Shown here: positions 63,756 through 64,000 of the stretch, piece after piece | Layout: every line of letters begins with the position of its first letter | Position numbering within the stretch: the first letter of the stretch is position 1 | Source: an uncultured Eubacteriales bacterium | GTDB lineage: Bacteria; Bacillota; Clostridia; Christensenellales; UBA1242 | Length of the DNA stretch: 64,000 bases | Direction of reading: 5' to 3' | Assembly: GCA_949031345.1 (NCBI GenBank) | Contig: CARNVA010000007.1 | Coordinates: 8,768 to 72,767 of the forward strand | Notes under the pieces: model-generated | Databases searched by the model: none | The model's input: only the letters and a program-made list of their open reading frames with translations | Told to the model about the DNA's origin: nothing | Program-made: the position numbers and the translations under genes

Positions 63756-64000
63756 TCAAGGAAGCCTTATTACATTGCAATCAATTTCACTTTCATCAAA
63801 ATCGGTGCAGGTGATTATGGTCTGGGCTTTTGATGTAAACTTTAAAAGTTTTTTTCTTCGCTCTTTGTCAAGCTCACTGAATACATCATCCAAAAGCAGC
63901 ACAGGCTCTTCACCAACCCTATTTTTCATAACTTCAAGCTCGGCAAGTTTAAGCGAAAGTGCTACCGTTCTTTGCTGCCCCTGAGAGCCAAAACTTTTCA
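63756..64000 (-). CDS. recF: DNA replication/repair protein RecF, C-terminal 81 codons (5' part outside the window)
   Basis: Not in the ORF track because it has no start in the window. My translation of the minus strand is [52 protein letters not shown]...QTIITCTD, which contains the RecF signature and Walker B region. TGA stop at 63756..63758. Confidence 0.85.
   Translation of the reverse strand, partial: KSFGSQGQQRTVALSLKLAELEVMKNRVGEEPVLLLDDVFSELDKERRKKLLKFTSKAQTIITCTDFDESEIDCNVIRLP

Noticed and set aside
63715-63984. Track ORF 63715..63984 (+), 89 aa.
   Set aside because: It is antisense to a clear RecF C-terminal coding sequence. Its composition is Ser/Leu/Phe-rich, which is typical of a shadow frame.
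1-64000. An alternative genetic code (UGA read as Trp, Mollicutes-like), suggested by the low GC content and the membrane-anchored giant protein.
   Set aside because: TGA terminates well-supported genes at the expected ends (spmB at 392-394, lon at 15942-15944, the ABC subunit at 20482-20484). Conserved Trp positions are encoded by TGG.
1-64000. Mobile elements, prophage, tRNA, rRNA or tmRNA genes.
   Set aside because: No transposase, integrase or phage-like ORFs and no terminal inverted repeats were seen. The intergenic regions are AT-rich and lack the GC-rich structured segments expected of stable RNAs. This rests on visual scanning only; tRNAscan or Infernal would be decisive.

Overview
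This is a 64-kb stretch of a low-GC Bacillota (Clostridia-like) chromosome. It uses the standard genetic code: TGA is a stop and Trp is TGG. I support about 43 protein-coding genes, roughly three quarters on the minus strand. I saw no rRNA, tRNA, CRISPR array, transposase, integrase or phage genes.

The housekeeping content looks origin-proximal:
- recF (partial) at the right edge
- dnaB, typA, and the rpsF-ssb-rpsR cluster followed by rpmE
- rplI, gltX, trpS, lon and spmB (partial)

Accessory content includes a heterodimeric ABC exporter, two LysR regulators each divergent from a target gene, and a stand-alone ppGpp-hydrolase-type HD protein. There is also a HAD hydrolase, a probable operon of C15-peptidase-like, SAM-methyltransferase and Ham1-like genes, an AAA_5-type ATPase fusion protein, and many lineage-specific hypothetical proteins.

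The dominant feature is one uninterrupted 19,827-nt ORF (40620..60446, minus strand). It encodes a 6,608-aa protein with a signal peptide, a C-terminal transmembrane anchor and no LPXTG motif. The protein is built from InlB-B-repeat (Listeria-Bacteroides repeat) modules and MBG-type (YDG/YNG) modules. Homologous GLUG-like modules sit at both termini.

Other points worth a second look:
- lon translationally coupled to an unknown 518-aa gene
- a promoter architecture shared with identical spacing by the two LysR target genes
- tandem repeats in the typA/dnaB-upstream spacer and in the rpsF-ssb spacer
- a triple tandem terminator

All functional calls rest on motif-level reading of the translations. 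No database search was possible.
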